Shown in pieces: positions 47,646 through 63,172 of a stretch of DNA of 64,000 nucleotides. The first letter of the stretch is position 1. Each line of letters starts with the position of its first letter. The translations under genes were made by a program, and so were the position numbers. Source of the stretch: the human T2T-CHM13v2.0 reference genome, Homo sapiens; the NCBI RefSeq assembly GCF_009914755.1, contig NC_060929.1; one strand, given 5' to 3'. The notes beneath the pieces are model-generated. The model was given only the letters and a program-made list of their open reading frames with translations. It was not told the DNA's origin and searched no databases.

Positions 47646-50600
47646 TATGTAAAGTATAAATTCATGTCCATGCCTATCATTCATTGTTCACAAAGTGACT
47701 GAATTGAGCTGAATTAGTTATGAGCCCTTTTCATAAGCATTTGATTTGTATCATCAGAAACAAAAATTAGTCATAAGGAGACTACCATGCAATCAAAAGT
47801 TATGATCTTAGTTAAGAACAGCTTTTTGTCTAAATCTTATCCCCACCCTTTTCATCAGTACACATCTTCCCCAGGCTCAAGTGTTCAAGTCATATTTGTG
47901 ATGATTATAAAATATTGTGTACTGATACTTGCCCTGTCCAAATCTTAAAAGGCCATCCCATTTAGAGACACATGGGTGATTCCTTCACTGTCTGGTAAGA
48001 AACTTCATAAAATGATATTTTCCCACTTATTTCGGGTGTTAAAAAACCAAGCGTGATTTTTGCATATAATTTCACATATCTGCTTTTATATTCATGAAAG
48101 AAAGAGACCTAAATTTGGTTAAAAAATATATATTTTATTTTCAAATGATGCTTTTTGATTGCTAAACTCGTTTACATTAGTTGTCCAATTTCTCAAGAGT
48201 CTTTTCTGTGCACCAACAGTAACAAGGGCTTTTGGTGTCAGGAACTGATGGCACAGCCAGAGGGCAGATAGGAAGATGGAAAGCAGAGAAAAGGAAAGAG
48301 TAGTAGGGAGACTGAGGAGAAGGAAAGGCCCAGCAAGATCAAAGCTGCCACAGATTCCTTGCACATGGGAGATAGGCGTTAGCTATGGGCACCCTACCCT
48401 GCATGTTAAATAAAATTGCTCATTTGTCATTTTTCCTGGATGTCCCCTTCCACATTGGTGGTTGGCAGTTACTGAAGCATACCTGAAAGCTAAGTTTAGA
48501 TGGAATCTCCTTCCTAGAGACCAGTGGCCACACTACACAGGATTTTCACATGGTCGCTATTATTTTAAAGGAGCAGAGTAGCAAGAGTGAATGGGCCACC
48601 CTTCACAAGACAATCCCAGATGCTCATTGCCTTTCCCTAATTGGTCCCATTTACCAGCAAAGGAGGCAGGGGAGGTGGTTGAAGATAATTTCCAGGTAAC
48701 GAGGCTCCCTTTCCCATTACGTTTGCTTCCTTTGAAAATAATCTCAAAGAGTAGCCCCCATCACACAACTTCACACCTGGATGGAGCTGCGGTAATGTAC
48801 CGTTAGACTTGCGCTTACAAAGAAAGATCAAGGAGATACTTTGCAGCCTAAATTGGACTGACATAAATGCAATCTTTTTGAAGCTGGGATTCTCCATGGA
48901 TATATAAGCATCAATGATTATCTTTATGTACAATGAGTTGAAGCTAAACTGCACGTGGAGGTTGACGTGTACTTATAGACACAGCTTTACTTCCACTCTT
49001 GTATAAGCATGAGTGCTTATCATATTGAATTTGTTGTTGGTTTTATGCATTTTTTTTCTTTACTCATTGTGCAGGTCTGTGGCTTTCCTTTTAACTTTGC
49101 AAAGCTTTGGTACAAAGGAAATTTTAGAACATGAAAACATTTTTCAAATAATTTCAAAATGAACTGTATCCCCAACTAATTTGATTTGTAGGAAGAAAAG
49201 AACAAAGCCTTGCTAACAGAGAGCTTTAAAATATAATATAATTATTTACACGTGCAAGCATCTTTAAGCATGCTTTCTCAATGGAGGCACATCGTGCAAT
49301 ACTTTCATGCTCTAACTGTTGCCCATTAAAAAGATCCTGCACCATATGCAGGTGTGATTATACAGCCAACTGCCAATTCTGACTGGCTCAGGGATCCATT
49401 TTCAAATGTCCAGATGGATATGAATGTCGGATTTGGCAGTTAAATTGTAGAGTCCAATATATCCCTTTTAAGTTCTAAGGCAATGAAGAAAAATATCGAT
49501 GTTTCCCTTCACTCCCAAATAGATTTCAAAAGAAGACTTTTGTCTTTAAAGTGGGATTATATTTCCTCATTTCTTTTGAATATCAAGATAAACTTTGTTG
49601 TGACTTTTATCACTTTTCTTCAGTCCAAATACGTTAACTAACAATCTCCATTGTTTCTGGTGGATAAGCAAAACATTAGCAAGAAATTGGCTTTGGAGGT
49701 AACCTGGTGTCTTTAAACAAGTGTAAAGTGAAAGAGAAATAAAACGACCCCTGAGCAGCTACCCAGAGCATGCCATCTACTCTCCAGAGACATGGTTTAC
49801 AGGAGAAGGACATTTAAACAGAACAGAGGGACAAGTAGGCGTCTCCTGGATTCCTGTTTTGAATCACAAATATGCGCATCTGCCACCCCCAAGAGAACAA
49901 GGCTCAGCAGCAACTTGCTATCATCAATGCACGGGAAAGTGCCATAAATATCACACTTAATATTTTCTTTTTCCCTGACTTAAAGTCCTCAGTGGTATTC
50001 AGGAAACTCCAGGTTATTGATCGTCTTTTTATAAAATGTGTGTGGCAGATAGAATATAGATTTGCCTCATCAAATGTGTTGTACGGGGCTTCCTTCTTGA
50101 GGACAGGAGCACCTGTGATACATCTCTAGAGCTTCACCCAGGACAGGCTTCTACATAACATTGCTGCCTGATTGAAGGGAAGTAACTAATCCTGTCTGTC
50201 CCATGATAGACCCAGCATAGCATCTGTAGGTGCTTTAAGCGTGGGGTGGAGATTGAAGAAAAAAGATGTGCTTTTAAAATGATCTGTAGGAATAAGATCA
50301 GGAAGACTCCAAAAATATCTGCTCTTGTCACTTCTATTCAACATTGTACTGGAGGTACCAGACAGTGTAACCAGACCAAAAATAAATAAACGAATAAATA
50401 GAAAAGACATTCAGATTGAAAAGGAAGAAGTAAAATTATCATTATTCACAGATGACATGCTCAACTGTCGAAAATTTGATAGAATTCACACACAAAAAAA
50501 GCTACTGGCACCAACAGATAAGTTTCTATACTAGCAATAAAAAATCAGAAATTGAAAGAAAATTTCCTTTAAAATGCCTAAAAATATAATGTACTTAGAG

Positions 50601-51812
50601 TTAAATCTCACAAAAAAATGAGGATGATCTGTATACTGAGAGAAATTAAAGAAGACCTTTATAAATGAAGAGTTACACCATATTTATGACAGTACTCAAT
50701 ATTGTTAGGATGTCAGGTTTTTGTTTTCCAAGTTGATCTAGAGATTAAAGGCAATGTCAATCAAAGCCTCAGCAATTAGCAAGCTGATTCTGAAGTTTAT
50801 ATGTAAATGCAAAAGACAAAATATACCCAAAACAACTTTGACAAAAAGAACAAAGTTGGAGTACTAATATGATCTAATTTCAAGATTTATTTGTAAAGCT
50901 ACAGTAATCAAAACACTGTGGTATTTGTATAAAGACTGACAAATAGCTCAATGAAACAGACTAGATAGCCCAGAAATGGACCCATATATACATGGATAAC
51001 TGATTTGTGACAAAGTGTAATGGTCGTTAGTGTAAAGAGATAGTCTTTTCAACAAATAGCACTAGTCTTTTCAACAATTGTATATTCACATGTAAAAACA
51101 AACAAACTTCAATCAACAATTCACACTATATATAAACATTTGCTCAAAAAGATTATAGACTTAAATATCGAACTATGAAATTGTAAAAGAAAACGTAAGT
51201 GAAAACCTTTGTGACTTGGGCTTAGGCAAAGATTTCTTAGCTAGTACACCAAAACACAACTGATAAAAGAATAACTTGTTAAGTTGGGTTTCATTGCAAT
51301 TAAAAACTCAGGCTTTTAGAAAATACTACTAAAAGATTGAAAAAATAAACCACAGCCTGGAAGAAAATATGTACAGAATTATATATCTGAAAAAGAAGTT
51401 ACATGCAGAATATTTAAAGAACTCATAAAACTCAATAATAAGAAAACAACCCCATACAACAATGGACAAAAGATCTGAAGGGACACTTCACCAAAGGAAA
51501 TATATAAAGACAAATAAGTACATGAAATATATTCAACATCGTTTGTCATTAAGAAAATGCAAATTAAAAACCCAAGGAGATGCCACTGTACACCTATTAG
51601 AATAACTAAAATGAAAATGACTGACCGTATCAAGTGTTTGTGAAGGATGTGAAGCAACTGGAATCCTCATATACTACTGGTGAGAATGTAAAATAGTACA
51701 GCAAATTTGGAAAAACAGTTGAACAGTTTCTTAAAAAATTAAACATATATGAACCATATGATATAGCTGCTCCCTTCCTGGGCATTTACTCAGGAGAAAT
51801 GAAAGCTGTCCA

Positions 51813-52514
<702 letters not shown>

Positions 52515-54309
52515 AGCCTAAGACCTACAGAGACTTGAACATGAATGATTATAGCCAAAAACTGGATATGACTCAAATGTCCACATACAGGTGAATGAAT
52601 AAACAGACTATGGTGTATCTGTACAATGGAATATTACTCAGTAATGAAAAGGAATTAGACTACCTTATGAGCTACAATATGGATTAATCTCAAAATAATT
52701 GTGCAAAATAAAAATTTTATGGTTTCATTTATATAAAATCTTAGAAAATGCAAACTAATCTGTATGGCAGATCAGTGGTTCCCTAGGCATGGGAGTGGGG
52801 AGGATTGCAAAGGTGGGATTACAAAGAGGCATGAATAAACTTCTGGTAGTGATGAATATGTTCATTATCTTGATTGTGGTGACAGTTCCAGGGAGGGATA
52901 CATATGTCAAAACCTATTAACTTATTAACTATGTAAAGTTCAGTGTACATCAGTTATGCTTTAATAAAGCTGTTTAAAAAAAGACAATGGGGGAAAATCC
53001 CTTTCCTCTTTCAGTCTCTGTATACCTCTTTTTAATGTATGGTTAGGTGCTCTTACATTCCTTGTGTAATAGTGGCTTCCTCTGTGAACTCTCATTTAAG
53101 TTTGTATGTGCTTCAAAGTGTTCCGCCATTATTCCACCATATCATTTTAAGCCCCCTCCTTTTTGTTTTTGTGTTAAGGATATGAATTTATCCTCTCTAT
53201 ATTCATTTTGCCCCTGCTGACCCCTTCCAGAAGACAGTTGAATCTCTATGCCTTTCTGTAAACATTGGAAGAACTGCCTTTTCACAGAGACATGACATTT
53301 TCCATGGGGATTTATGGGAAGAGACAAACTGAATCAGATCTTCCTCACAGTTGAGCATGCCAAGGACAAATCCTCCAGGTTTTCTCTTTCTTTTTCTTCA
53401 TAGAGTTTGTGGCTCCAGGGCCCTTGGGGGTGTGTCCTTTGTGAGCCACACTCTCTAGTAATTACATAGAAGTACAGCCTCAGGCAGGTGTAGCTGAGCG
53501 TCCCCACTCCAAGGCGGAGCTTCTCCACTTCCAACACATCTATTGTGACACTGGCTACAGAGAAATTCCTCTTATATTCTTTATTTTTTTTTCTTTTTTT
53601 TTTGCAATATTTCTCTGTTTAGCTCTGTGTTATGCTATGATTAAACCGGGCATGAAGTGTAGCACAATTACTTCAAAGGCAATTCCAGTTGACTGGGTCT
53701 TTTCTCATTTATTAAAATATGAAGCATGTTGGACCTTCAACTTTTCCTTTGATATCTGTATCCCTAAGCTGTTATTGGAGCCTTGATTCTCTGTATTTCA
53801 CATGCGGAGAGCAAAGGGTGTTCTGGTAGGAAACAATCCCTAAATATTTCCAGAACTTGAGTAGCCTCAGTCTTTTGTTCTGCCAGTTTATTGTGGAAAT
53901 GTTCAGAGAGAGGTTCTTCCCAAGGAAAAAAAAAATCACTTACTATAAAAATCTAAATCTGAGCCCTTTTGGAATATTGTTTCACCTAGTGAAAAGTTTA
54001 CCCTGATTTTATCTGTTTGTTTCCTCAAGTAAAAACAGCTCAAGTGACTGTTATTGGCTAGACAATGAAGGAAATAAAAATGGCATTTGCCTGTTGGGTA
54101 ACTTTGAGCAAATTAATTGAGCCCCTGTGCCTGGACTTGCTCATCTTTCAGTTGAGGCAGAATGGTTTCTTAAAAAGTTGTTTCATGTTGAAGAAGTTTG
54201 TACTCCATATCTGAGTTTTCACCTGTCTAGGCTTCTATGGTGGCAAAATAGATAGCAAAGCTTCTAGGTATAAAACATTTTCAAAACAAATGCCTTCTAG
54301 TAATAAAAT

Positions 54310-54910
54310 ATTAATTTAATTTATATAATATTTGATTGATACAGAATAAAGCATGTAACGTATGTGTTTGTCAAAAGCATAGCAAGAAATGCATACCTGT
54401 GAACATACCACCAACAGTCAAAATTACATATGTGCTCCTCAATTCCATCCTCTTACATATCCCACTGCTTAAATTTCTTGCTTTTTTCCACAGTAATCTT
54501 CCTACACATGTACATATTGCTAAATGACATCTCACTTAACTTTCCTTATTTGGGGGCTTAAGAAAAAAATTAATCATTCTAAGTATTGTCATCTGCAACT
54601 TGCTTATTTTTTTTCTAAGATTCCCCCATAATGTTGTCTGTATCTGTAGTTAATTCATTCTTACTGCTATTTAATATTTTTACATGCATAGTTCATTTTC
54701 TATCCTCTAGTTGATGGAGATCTCAGTTTGCTTTTTTCTATTACAAAAGTACAGCTGTGAATGTTTTGGTGCATGACTTCCATTGCCCCTGTGCAAGAAT
54801 TTTTCTCCTAATAGTGGAAGTCCTAGGTTATAGAGTACGTATTAGAATATATATAGGCATACCTTTAGAGAATAATGCCAAATTATTTTTTAAAGAGATT
54901 GTACAATAAA
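54310..54910 (-). mobile_element. L1ME-type 3' region
   Basis: Antisense TCTGCAACTTGCTTATTTTT...GTTGATGGAGAT...GCTGTGAATGTTTTGGTGCATG...TGCCAAATTATTTT. Confidence 0.65.
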
Positions 54911-57489
54911 TTTTTCATAAAGCATGTGTTGTGTGGGTCCTACTATATCAATGCAATATTTCTACTGTATTCCACAAGCGGAGCATGTGGAAATGGTGCT
55001 TGTTTGATAGAAACTTCTCTTCATCTGGCTTCTGTTTGTCTACCTATAGTAGAAGTCAAACAGCTCTAATCTTGAACTTAGGGATCTAATCTTGATCAGG
55101 GATGAGGCTGGCAAGGCACACATCCATTTCCTCAGCCTTGGAATCCCTGAACTACCTTTCAGCTCCAGGTACCTTCCCACTCTTAGCCCCTTTGAACATG
55201 AAATTGGTTAGTCACCCTGTTCTGGATAGCTTTCTGTCTATATTTTCCCTGTAGCTGTAAGTAGTGAAGGACCACATGTCCCATCTATTTGGCTTCTAGA
55301 ATGAGATGCTACCTGCATACATCCCTTAGCAAAGCTTTATTCTTCCTGCCCTTTGCCTCTTTCCTTTTTGCTTAAACTTTTTCTTTCTTTTAGTAAATGT
55401 GAACATACGTTAGGTTTTCAGATTTGGGGGGTAATATTTAAATTAATATTTACTTTTAATTAACTTAATGTAATAATTATAATTAAGACTTAATGTAATA
55501 TTTATCTTATAAAGTAATCCATAATCACATTTTTGATGAGTCATAAGCAAAGACCTCTTGAATGAATGCTTACTTTACTTATTGCCAGGTACTGAGCTGA
55601 GTGCTCTGGCTACAAAGATAAATACAGTGTAGTGATGAGTGGGCAGAAAATCATCAGATGCCTCCACATGGTGTGATGATTTCTATGTGGAAATTATAGA
55701 CACACAGGATGTGAGGAAATATGTGCAAGAAAGTAATGGACTCTGGTTGAGGGAGTGAAAAAAGAAGGCACAGAGATGGTAATGGCTCAGCTGTGCCTCT
55801 TCAGGTGAGTTTGCCACGTGAGAAATGGAAGAAAGGCAGGCAAAAAAAGAACAAGCCAAGAGTCCCAGCGGAGACTTGGCCAAGTGTCCTGGGCTGCTGG
55901 AACATTCCCCTTTGAAGGTACAAGCCATCTAGTAGGATGTTCAGAGGTAAAATGGACTGAGAAAAATGTGAATTAATGGCTCTCCCTCTTCTATGGTTCT
56001 TCCAGGGGTAAAAGCTGACTTGGCAGAAGCTGTCTGATACTGTGGGTCATCCTGACCTTGAGACTGCGCAACGTGCCCTGGCAGATTCAGAGTGTGTCCT
56101 GCTAGAACCCATGTGCTGGACTCATTTCCAGTGAGTAATGGGCTGAGGTCAAAGGCTGTTCTCGCAGGAGCCTTTCAGGGTTATGTTTATATCCAACCCC
56201 ATTCTTTGTGCTAACAGAAAACTAGAATATGTAGGAACTGGAAATCCCCATGCCACACTCTAGTCAGTACTTTCACTGCCTTCCCCACTGAACAATTAGT
56301 AAATACTTCTACTATTTTGTTCTGATTGCTGGGAATTTTATCCCCTTCTCCCTCCTCCAGGAGAGAATGAGTGAAAATTAGCAAGTAAGATGACTACATT
56401 CATTGCCTGAATGCTAGAAAGTGCCGCATGCCCCCAGATTACATTTGTGGAGTGAAGGCTTTGATCTCTGCTTCCTACATGTGTCTGCGAGGATTGGTAC
56501 TATGGTACTAACTTATTTCTTCCCTTTCATTTTATCCTGACTGACTGAGACACATGGACTTTGACTTTCCAAAACCTAAATTCTAACTTGTCTTAAGAGT
56601 CAAAATAAGCCATGGTCTACCATTCTATTCCCTCCTCAACTAACCTTTCTCAGATTGATACAACAGCTAGACTCTGTCTAGGGAAGATTGAGGTCTTGGA
56701 GACATACTACTTTTCCTGCATTTGCTGGCCTCGGTATGAATTGAGCCAGCTCAGCACTCTTCTCTGGTGTCTGTTTTTAAAGCCTTGTGCTTTTATGGTG
56801 CCAATGGCACTTGGGGAGGATTTAATGGCTGCCTGTAAAAGCTGCTAAACTCTGAAGGCTCAGGTGAGGCAGTGTGAACAGGGGAGCAGCAGCAGTTTTT
56901 TCCATAGCATTATCTTCCACCAGATATCTGCAAAAAGTCTCTACAAAGTACCTTGTTTTGGCTGACTGGGTAGTTAAGGAGTTAAGCAAAAAAGAGAAAC
57001 GGATGTTTCAAACAAAAGCCATGCTAAAGACTTTTATTTTAAGCACACTTTGCCCTGCCCTGCCCTATCCAGCCTGGGAAAGAGTCAGCAAGTTCATACA
57101 GGTGACCCATATCATATTACGTGAACACATCAAATATTTTAGAGTCTGTTTCAATGTGAAAGCTGTACATTGAAACTAATGTCAATTTTGCTGGCAAGAT
57201 TCCGTTTGTTTTTTTCCCCCAAATGGTTTGTCGTATAATTTTTGCTCTTAATTATAACTGCTATAATTTAGAGTTAAATTAGAAGTCGAAGGAAAAAGAT
57301 AACTTACAGTGCAGTATTCTTATATAGCTGAAGTTTCCAACAGTTATTATGTCTCACAAGGATCTTTAAAAATAGCATTATTATTCATAGCTCATCTTTC
57401 TCAGCTTGTAATGTGCTGTGCCACTCATACAGTATACTTTGGAGGAAGTTGGGGTTTTACCTTCAAGTTTTGATTTGGAGAACTGTAAA

Positions 57490-57950
57490 GAACGTAGGCT
57501 TTCATTTAAAGTCAGATAGGCACATCTTTAAATCTTGGTGCCACCAGTAAGTAGCAGAGTGACATCGAAATACCGAAATACCGAAATACCATTGAACGTC
57601 CTTGAGCCTCATTTTTCTCATAAGTATCATGTAGATCGGGGGATGGCAAACTTTTTCTGTAAAGGGACAAATAGTCAAGATTTTAGAGTTTGCAGGAAAA
57701 ATGGTCTCTGCTGCAACTACATACTCAGTTATGCCATTGTAGCACAAGAGCAGCCATAGATAATACAAAAACAAATGGGTGTGGCTGTGTTCCAATAAAA
57801 CTGTCTACAAATGCAAGCTGCAGGTTGGATCTGGCCTATGGGCTCTAGTTTGCTGACTCCTGATATAGGTAAAGATATTATGTCCCAGTGTTGTCATAAG
57901 GACTGCATGCTATATGTAAGATATGTGGAGTGATTGGTGCTGGCATAAAG
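57490..57950 (+). mobile_element. MIR split by MER58A
   Basis: AAGTCAGATAGGC...TTAAATCTTGG...TTGAGCCTCATTTTTCTCAT, resuming after 57870. Confidence 0.55.
57637..57862 (+). mobile_element. MER58A hAT-Charlie MITE
   Basis: GGGGATGGCAAACTTTTTCTGTAAAGGG...GGCTGTGTTCCAATAAAACT...TAGTTTGCTGACTCCTG. Degenerate 8-bp TSD ATGTAGAT / ATATAGGT. Confidence 0.9.
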
Positions 57951-58260
57951 TCAGCTCTATGACTCAATTCATTCCCTCACTCTGTGCCTCTGTGATCCCC
58001 TTTGCTGCCACTAGTGATCCAAATCAGAATGCAGGCAGGTAGCGGAATGCCCTTTTCGTAGGATGTAAGACTGTTTGGATGGAGTTTCTCTTCGCATCCT
58101 ACTTATTATGTATAAAAGTACTTTTAAAGCTCTGAGCACAGTAGGAATGCCAGTTGTTATTTTTTTTTCCTCCCTGGCATCAGGGCAAGAGAGGAAAAAG
58201 TATTCCTAAAGAAAGTGACCCCTTGGCCCAAGGCAGCCTCTTGATTAAATCTTCCTGTTA

Positions 58261-58521
<261 letters not shown>

Positions 58522-60733
58522 TTATCTCTATCTGGATGGATAAAGAAGGATAAGTTACATGTGAGATTTTAGTTTGAGAAAAATGTGGCATGGTTGAATA
58601 ATTTTTATTTAAGCCTTACCCCAACATTGCAAGACACAGATTTGTGTGAAAGTATCTGTTGCTGTTGAATTGATATAAAGAAACAGAATCTACTGGATCA
58701 TTGGTGTAGAGAATAACCCTAAATATAACATTTATTGAGAGCCTGTTATTTTTTAGAAAGTAATATATTTCTACTCTAGAAAATTTGGAAAATGTAGGAA
58801 AGTATATAGGTAAAAAATAAATAAAAGGATAAAGCAAAACGATAACAACAAGAACCAAATCTTTTCTCTCTCCGTCAAATGTTGATATTGGACATTTTAA
58901 TGCTTCTTGTCTTTTATAATAGTTGCACTCTCCATTTTTGTTAGTTTACAAAACTGGAATCATATCCTATGTTCATATGGATTCATCTGTAAGCTGCTCT
59001 TTTCATAATAATGGCATGAAGTGAACACATTCCCTTGTTTTTAAAAACCTTTTATGGCGTCATTTTTAATGGCTATGGAGGATTCCAGGGATTGAGATAA
59101 CACATTTGGAGGCTGATCTTTCAAAACCATTTAGGAACTTCCACTTCTCCTTAGCACTTTTGTCATAACTAAAAACAAAATCAAAGAAGTTAAAACTCAC
59201 ATCAGTTTGTTTGTCTCTTTTGTAAAGCGGTAAGAGGTTTGACAATGGGATCGTCCTTTCCAGCTGGATCAGGGCTAAAGGGAAGCAACTGAGCATGGGT
59301 CTGTGTTGCATCTGGGCAGTGGGATCCCAGCATCAGTGGCCAACCTGTTTCTTAGGGGCATTGCCTTAACTACAGGGCTGCATGGTGACAATTCAGGAGT
59401 TGACAACATCTGCTCATATTGTATAGTCACCACATGCATGCCCCGTCTTGATTAATTGGGTTGTTTCATTTTAGACATTCTCTTGTCACAGAACATTCTG
59501 AGCTTGTACCAGTGATAATGAGTTACCCAAGGGATAGCCTCTTCAGAACTAATAAATCTGTAACTCTTAGAGTACTGAATACATCAGCATCTTTCTAAAG
59601 ATACAAAGCAATACAGCTGTGCATTAGTAACATTTAACATTGTAACATTTGTGTCTGGATGGGTAGGAAATGTTATACTTTAGCAATTAACCCTTTTGTC
59701 TGTGGCATTAATGAATGAGATTAGAGTTGGATTTAAGGATTTGTTAAATGACAAAGTCCAGTGACCTTAATTACTCTAATGCCGTTCCTAATCTTATCTG
59801 ACCTGTGTAAATGAAATGCATTTTCAGCACATCAAATGGTAAGGGTTGTTACTTTATAATGAGTAAACTGCTGGTCAGAACTCTAGTGTTAAAAATGGCA
59901 TGAGAAATAATGGAACGTCCACTAATTTATGCATAAATCTCTAAAAATAAAACTAAAGAGCCTTCAAGTCTGGGCCATGTAGCATCTTCTGTCAATCCTT
60001 TTCTAACTTTAAATAAAAATTGCTTTCTTGCCCCCCAATTATAAACATTTACTCAGCCATTGTGAAAACAACAGATGACGTAGCAACTTACAAAGGGAGA
60101 AAGTAAAAACCTTCCATAAATCTGATTGCTAAGATTTAAGCAATGTTCACATTTTTATTTGTATCCTTCTGGGAATTTTTTTCTATGCATGTATACACAG
60201 AAATATGTATTTTCCTAATATATAGAAATGGGATCATGTTACATGTATTATTTATTGTATTCTTTTTTTCAGGCTAAAGAATATATCCTGAGCTGATATT
60301 GTCCCTCTTTCTATCTTCAGACCACAGGAACTTAATTGCTTTTGTTTCTCTTCAGAGCTGCCACCACCTCCCCAACTTCTTAAGGTCTCTCCCCAAGACC
60401 CCCTGCAGAAGACAATACAGCCCCACCAGTTTTGCTTGGCTCGCTCTCGCACAGACCATTGTTAGGGATTTTATTGTTAACTGAGTAGGAAAACAGAAGG
60501 ATATAAAAATAAAAACCATGGCACATTGTATAGGTTTGACATATTAAGACCTTCCTGTTCCTTGGTTGGGTGGTGCTTTGGGGCCTGAAAGTTAATTGTC
60601 ATCTTTAATCCTGGGCAGAAACCTCACCAATCTCCCCCTTACTTAGACATTTTCCTACCTTGAGCTGCTTAAAATCAGTGATTCTCAAACTGTCTGTGGA
60701 GATGTGGAGAATATTCAGTTGTATTTTATGAGG

Positions 60734-61029
60734 TTTTTTTTTTGAGACGGAGTCTCGCTCTGTCGCCCAGGCTGGGATGCAGTGAGTGGCGCGATCTCGG
60801 CTCACTGCAAGCTCTGCCTACCGGGTTCATGCCGTTCTCCTGCCTCAGCCTCCTGAGCAGCTGGGACTACAGGCGCCCACCACCACGCCCGGCTAATTTT
60901 TTTGTATTTTTCGTAGAGACAGGGTTTCACCGTATTAGCCAGGATGGTCTCGATCTCCTGACCTCGTGATCCGCCTGCCTTGGCCTCCCAAAGTACTGGG
61001 ATTACAGGCGTGAGTCACTGCACCTGGCC
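60734..61029 (-). mobile_element. AluY
   Basis: CTGCAAGCTCTGCC and TTAGCCAGGATGGTCTCGATCTCCTGACCTCGTGATCC diagnostics, many CpGs. Confidence 0.93.
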
Positions 61030-62580
61030 TTTTTTCTTTAAAATTGTTTTTGTGGTAAAATACATATAACATAAAATTTATTATTTTACCGATTTTAAGT
61101 ATGCAGTACAGTGGCATTAAGGACCTTTACACTGTTGTACAATTGTTACCACTGTTCACTCTAGAACTTTTTCATCGTCCCAACCTGAAGCTGTACCCAT
61201 TAAACATAAGCTCCCCCTTCCCCCGAAACCCTGGCCCCACCCTTCTACTTTCTAACATGTGAACTTGACTATTCTAGCTACTTCACATAAGTAGGATCAT
61301 ACAGTATTTGCACTTTTGAGACTGGCTTATTTCACTTAGCATAACGTCTCCCAGGTTCAGCCATGTTATCTCATGTGTTATAATTTCCTTTCTTTTTAAG
61401 ACTGAATAAAATTTTATTCACATTTTATTCAACCATTTATGCATTGATGGACATGGGTTCCTTCCACCTTTTGGCTATTGTAGACAATGCTGCTATGAAC
61501 GTGAGTGTACAAATGTCTGTTTGAGTCCTAGCTTTCAGATTTTTTGAGTATATACCCAGAAGTGGAAGTGCTGGATAATTCTATTTTTAATTTTTTGAGG
61601 AAACATACTGTTTTCCATAGTGGCTGCACTAGCTTACATTCCCACCAACAGTTGTTTCTTGACTTCTCTAACAACAGTTGTTATTTGCTGGGTTTTTTTT
61701 TTAATAATAGCCATCTTAATGAGTGTGAGGTGATATCTCATTGTGGATTTGATTTGCTTTTTCCTAAGAATTAGTGATATTGGCATATTTTCGTATGCTG
61801 ATTAACCATTTGTATTCAGTAGTCCTCCTTATATGCAGGGATGTGTTCCAAGACCTCTAGAGGATGCGTGAAATCTCAGATACTATCAACCCTGATGTCC
61901 ACGTCATCTACCCACAAATTTAATGCCTTTTCCATCTTAACTAAACACTTATGCACTGTGGCCACAACTTTTGCAGTTTGAAGTCTGACAGCAAAACTAG
62001 CACAAATTTCTTCCTTTTCGTCTTCACAATTTCATGGATAGACGATTCGTTCTTACCAAGATCTTAGCAACTTCTGCATACATTTTTTTCTTTCCTAATT
62101 AAGTTGAGAACTTTCACCTTTTTACCGAATGGAAGCACTTCATAACTTCTCCTTATATCCCTATTGCCAGCATGACTCTCTTGCTCTTTGGGGTCGTTAT
62201 TAAGTAAAATAATGGTGACTTGAACACATGCACTGCAATACCTCGACAGTAGTTGTGATCACCGAAATGGCTCTAAATGACTAATGGGTGGGTAGCTTGT
62301 GCAGTGTGGATATGCTGGAAAAAGAGTTGATTCATATCAGAGGTGGGATGGAACAGGATGCCACAAGATTTCATCATTCTACTCAGAATGGCACACAATT
62401 TTAAATTTATGAATTACTTATTTCTGGATTTTTCTATTTAATATTTTGGACCATGGTTGACCATGAGTAACTAAATCTGTGGAAAGCAAAACTGCAGATA
62501 AGAAGAGATGAATGTATCTTCTTCAGATCTTTGGCTCATTTTTAAAATCAGGTTTTTATTTTGTTTTGATTTGTTTTTTA
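61030..62580 (-). mobile_element. L1MB-type 3' end, interrupted by MER44
   Basis: GTGGTAAAATACATATAACATAAAATTTA...CTGGCTTATTTCACTTAGCATAA...GATATCTCATTGTGG, resuming at about 62515. Confidence 0.85.
61817..62514 (-). mobile_element. MER44 (TcMar-Tigger) non-autonomous DNA transposon
   Basis: TIR CAGTAGTCCTCCTTAT... / ...GCAGATAAGAAGAGATGAATG. TTTCATCATTCTACTCAGAATGGCACACAATTTTAAA...CCATGGTTGACCATGAGTAACT. Confidence 0.85.
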
Positions 62581-62659
62581 CCTTCTTTTTCATTGCAGAT
62601 TGATACTTTTATAAACAATAGTAATGTTATTATCAGTGAATTATGGAATGTCAAGATGA

Positions 62660-62825
62660 GGAACTTCAGGATGAAGTCCTAAAATGTCTACTTCTAGCCA
62701 CAATTAAGTAAAAGAGACTGATCCAGTTTTCCACCTTAAACAATCAGAAAACCAGAAAAATACATGAAACAATGGTTTTCAGATACTGGACAAAAACCCC
62801 TGCATATGTATGATCCCTTCAGAGT
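62660..62825 (+). mobile_element. Ancient L1M 5'-end fragment
   Basis: ACTTCTAGCC...AAACAATCAGAAAACCAGAAAAATACATGAAACAATGGTTTTCAGATACTGGACA. Confidence 0.5.
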
Positions 62826-62830
62826 GATGG

Positions 62831-63172
62831 TGCCATGGATTGAATGTATGTTTTCCTCCAAAATCCATATGTTGGAACTTAAGCTCCAATGTGATAGTTT
62901 TAAGAGGTGAGGTATTTGCGAGATGATTTAAGTCACGATGGTAGAACCTCTATAAAAGGCATTAGTATCCATGTAAAAGGGCTGGAGAGAACTAGCCAAG
63001 CCCTTCTTGCCTTGCATCTATTCTGCCTTGTGAGGACACAGCATTCATCCTTTTTGCCCTTTCGGCCTTCTGCCATGTGAGAATGCAGCAAGAAGGCTGT
63101 CACAAGACACCAAATGCTGGTGCCTTGATCTTAGACTTTCCAACCTTCAGAACTGTAAGAAATAAACTTCTA
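62831..63172 (+). mobile_element. MST/MLT1A-type MaLR LTR, cut by L1PA insertion
   Basis: TGCCATGGATTGAATGT...CAAAATCCATATGTTGGAAC...GCTGGTGCCTTGATCTTAGACTTTCCAACCTTCAGAACTGTAAGAAATAAA. Confidence 0.85.
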
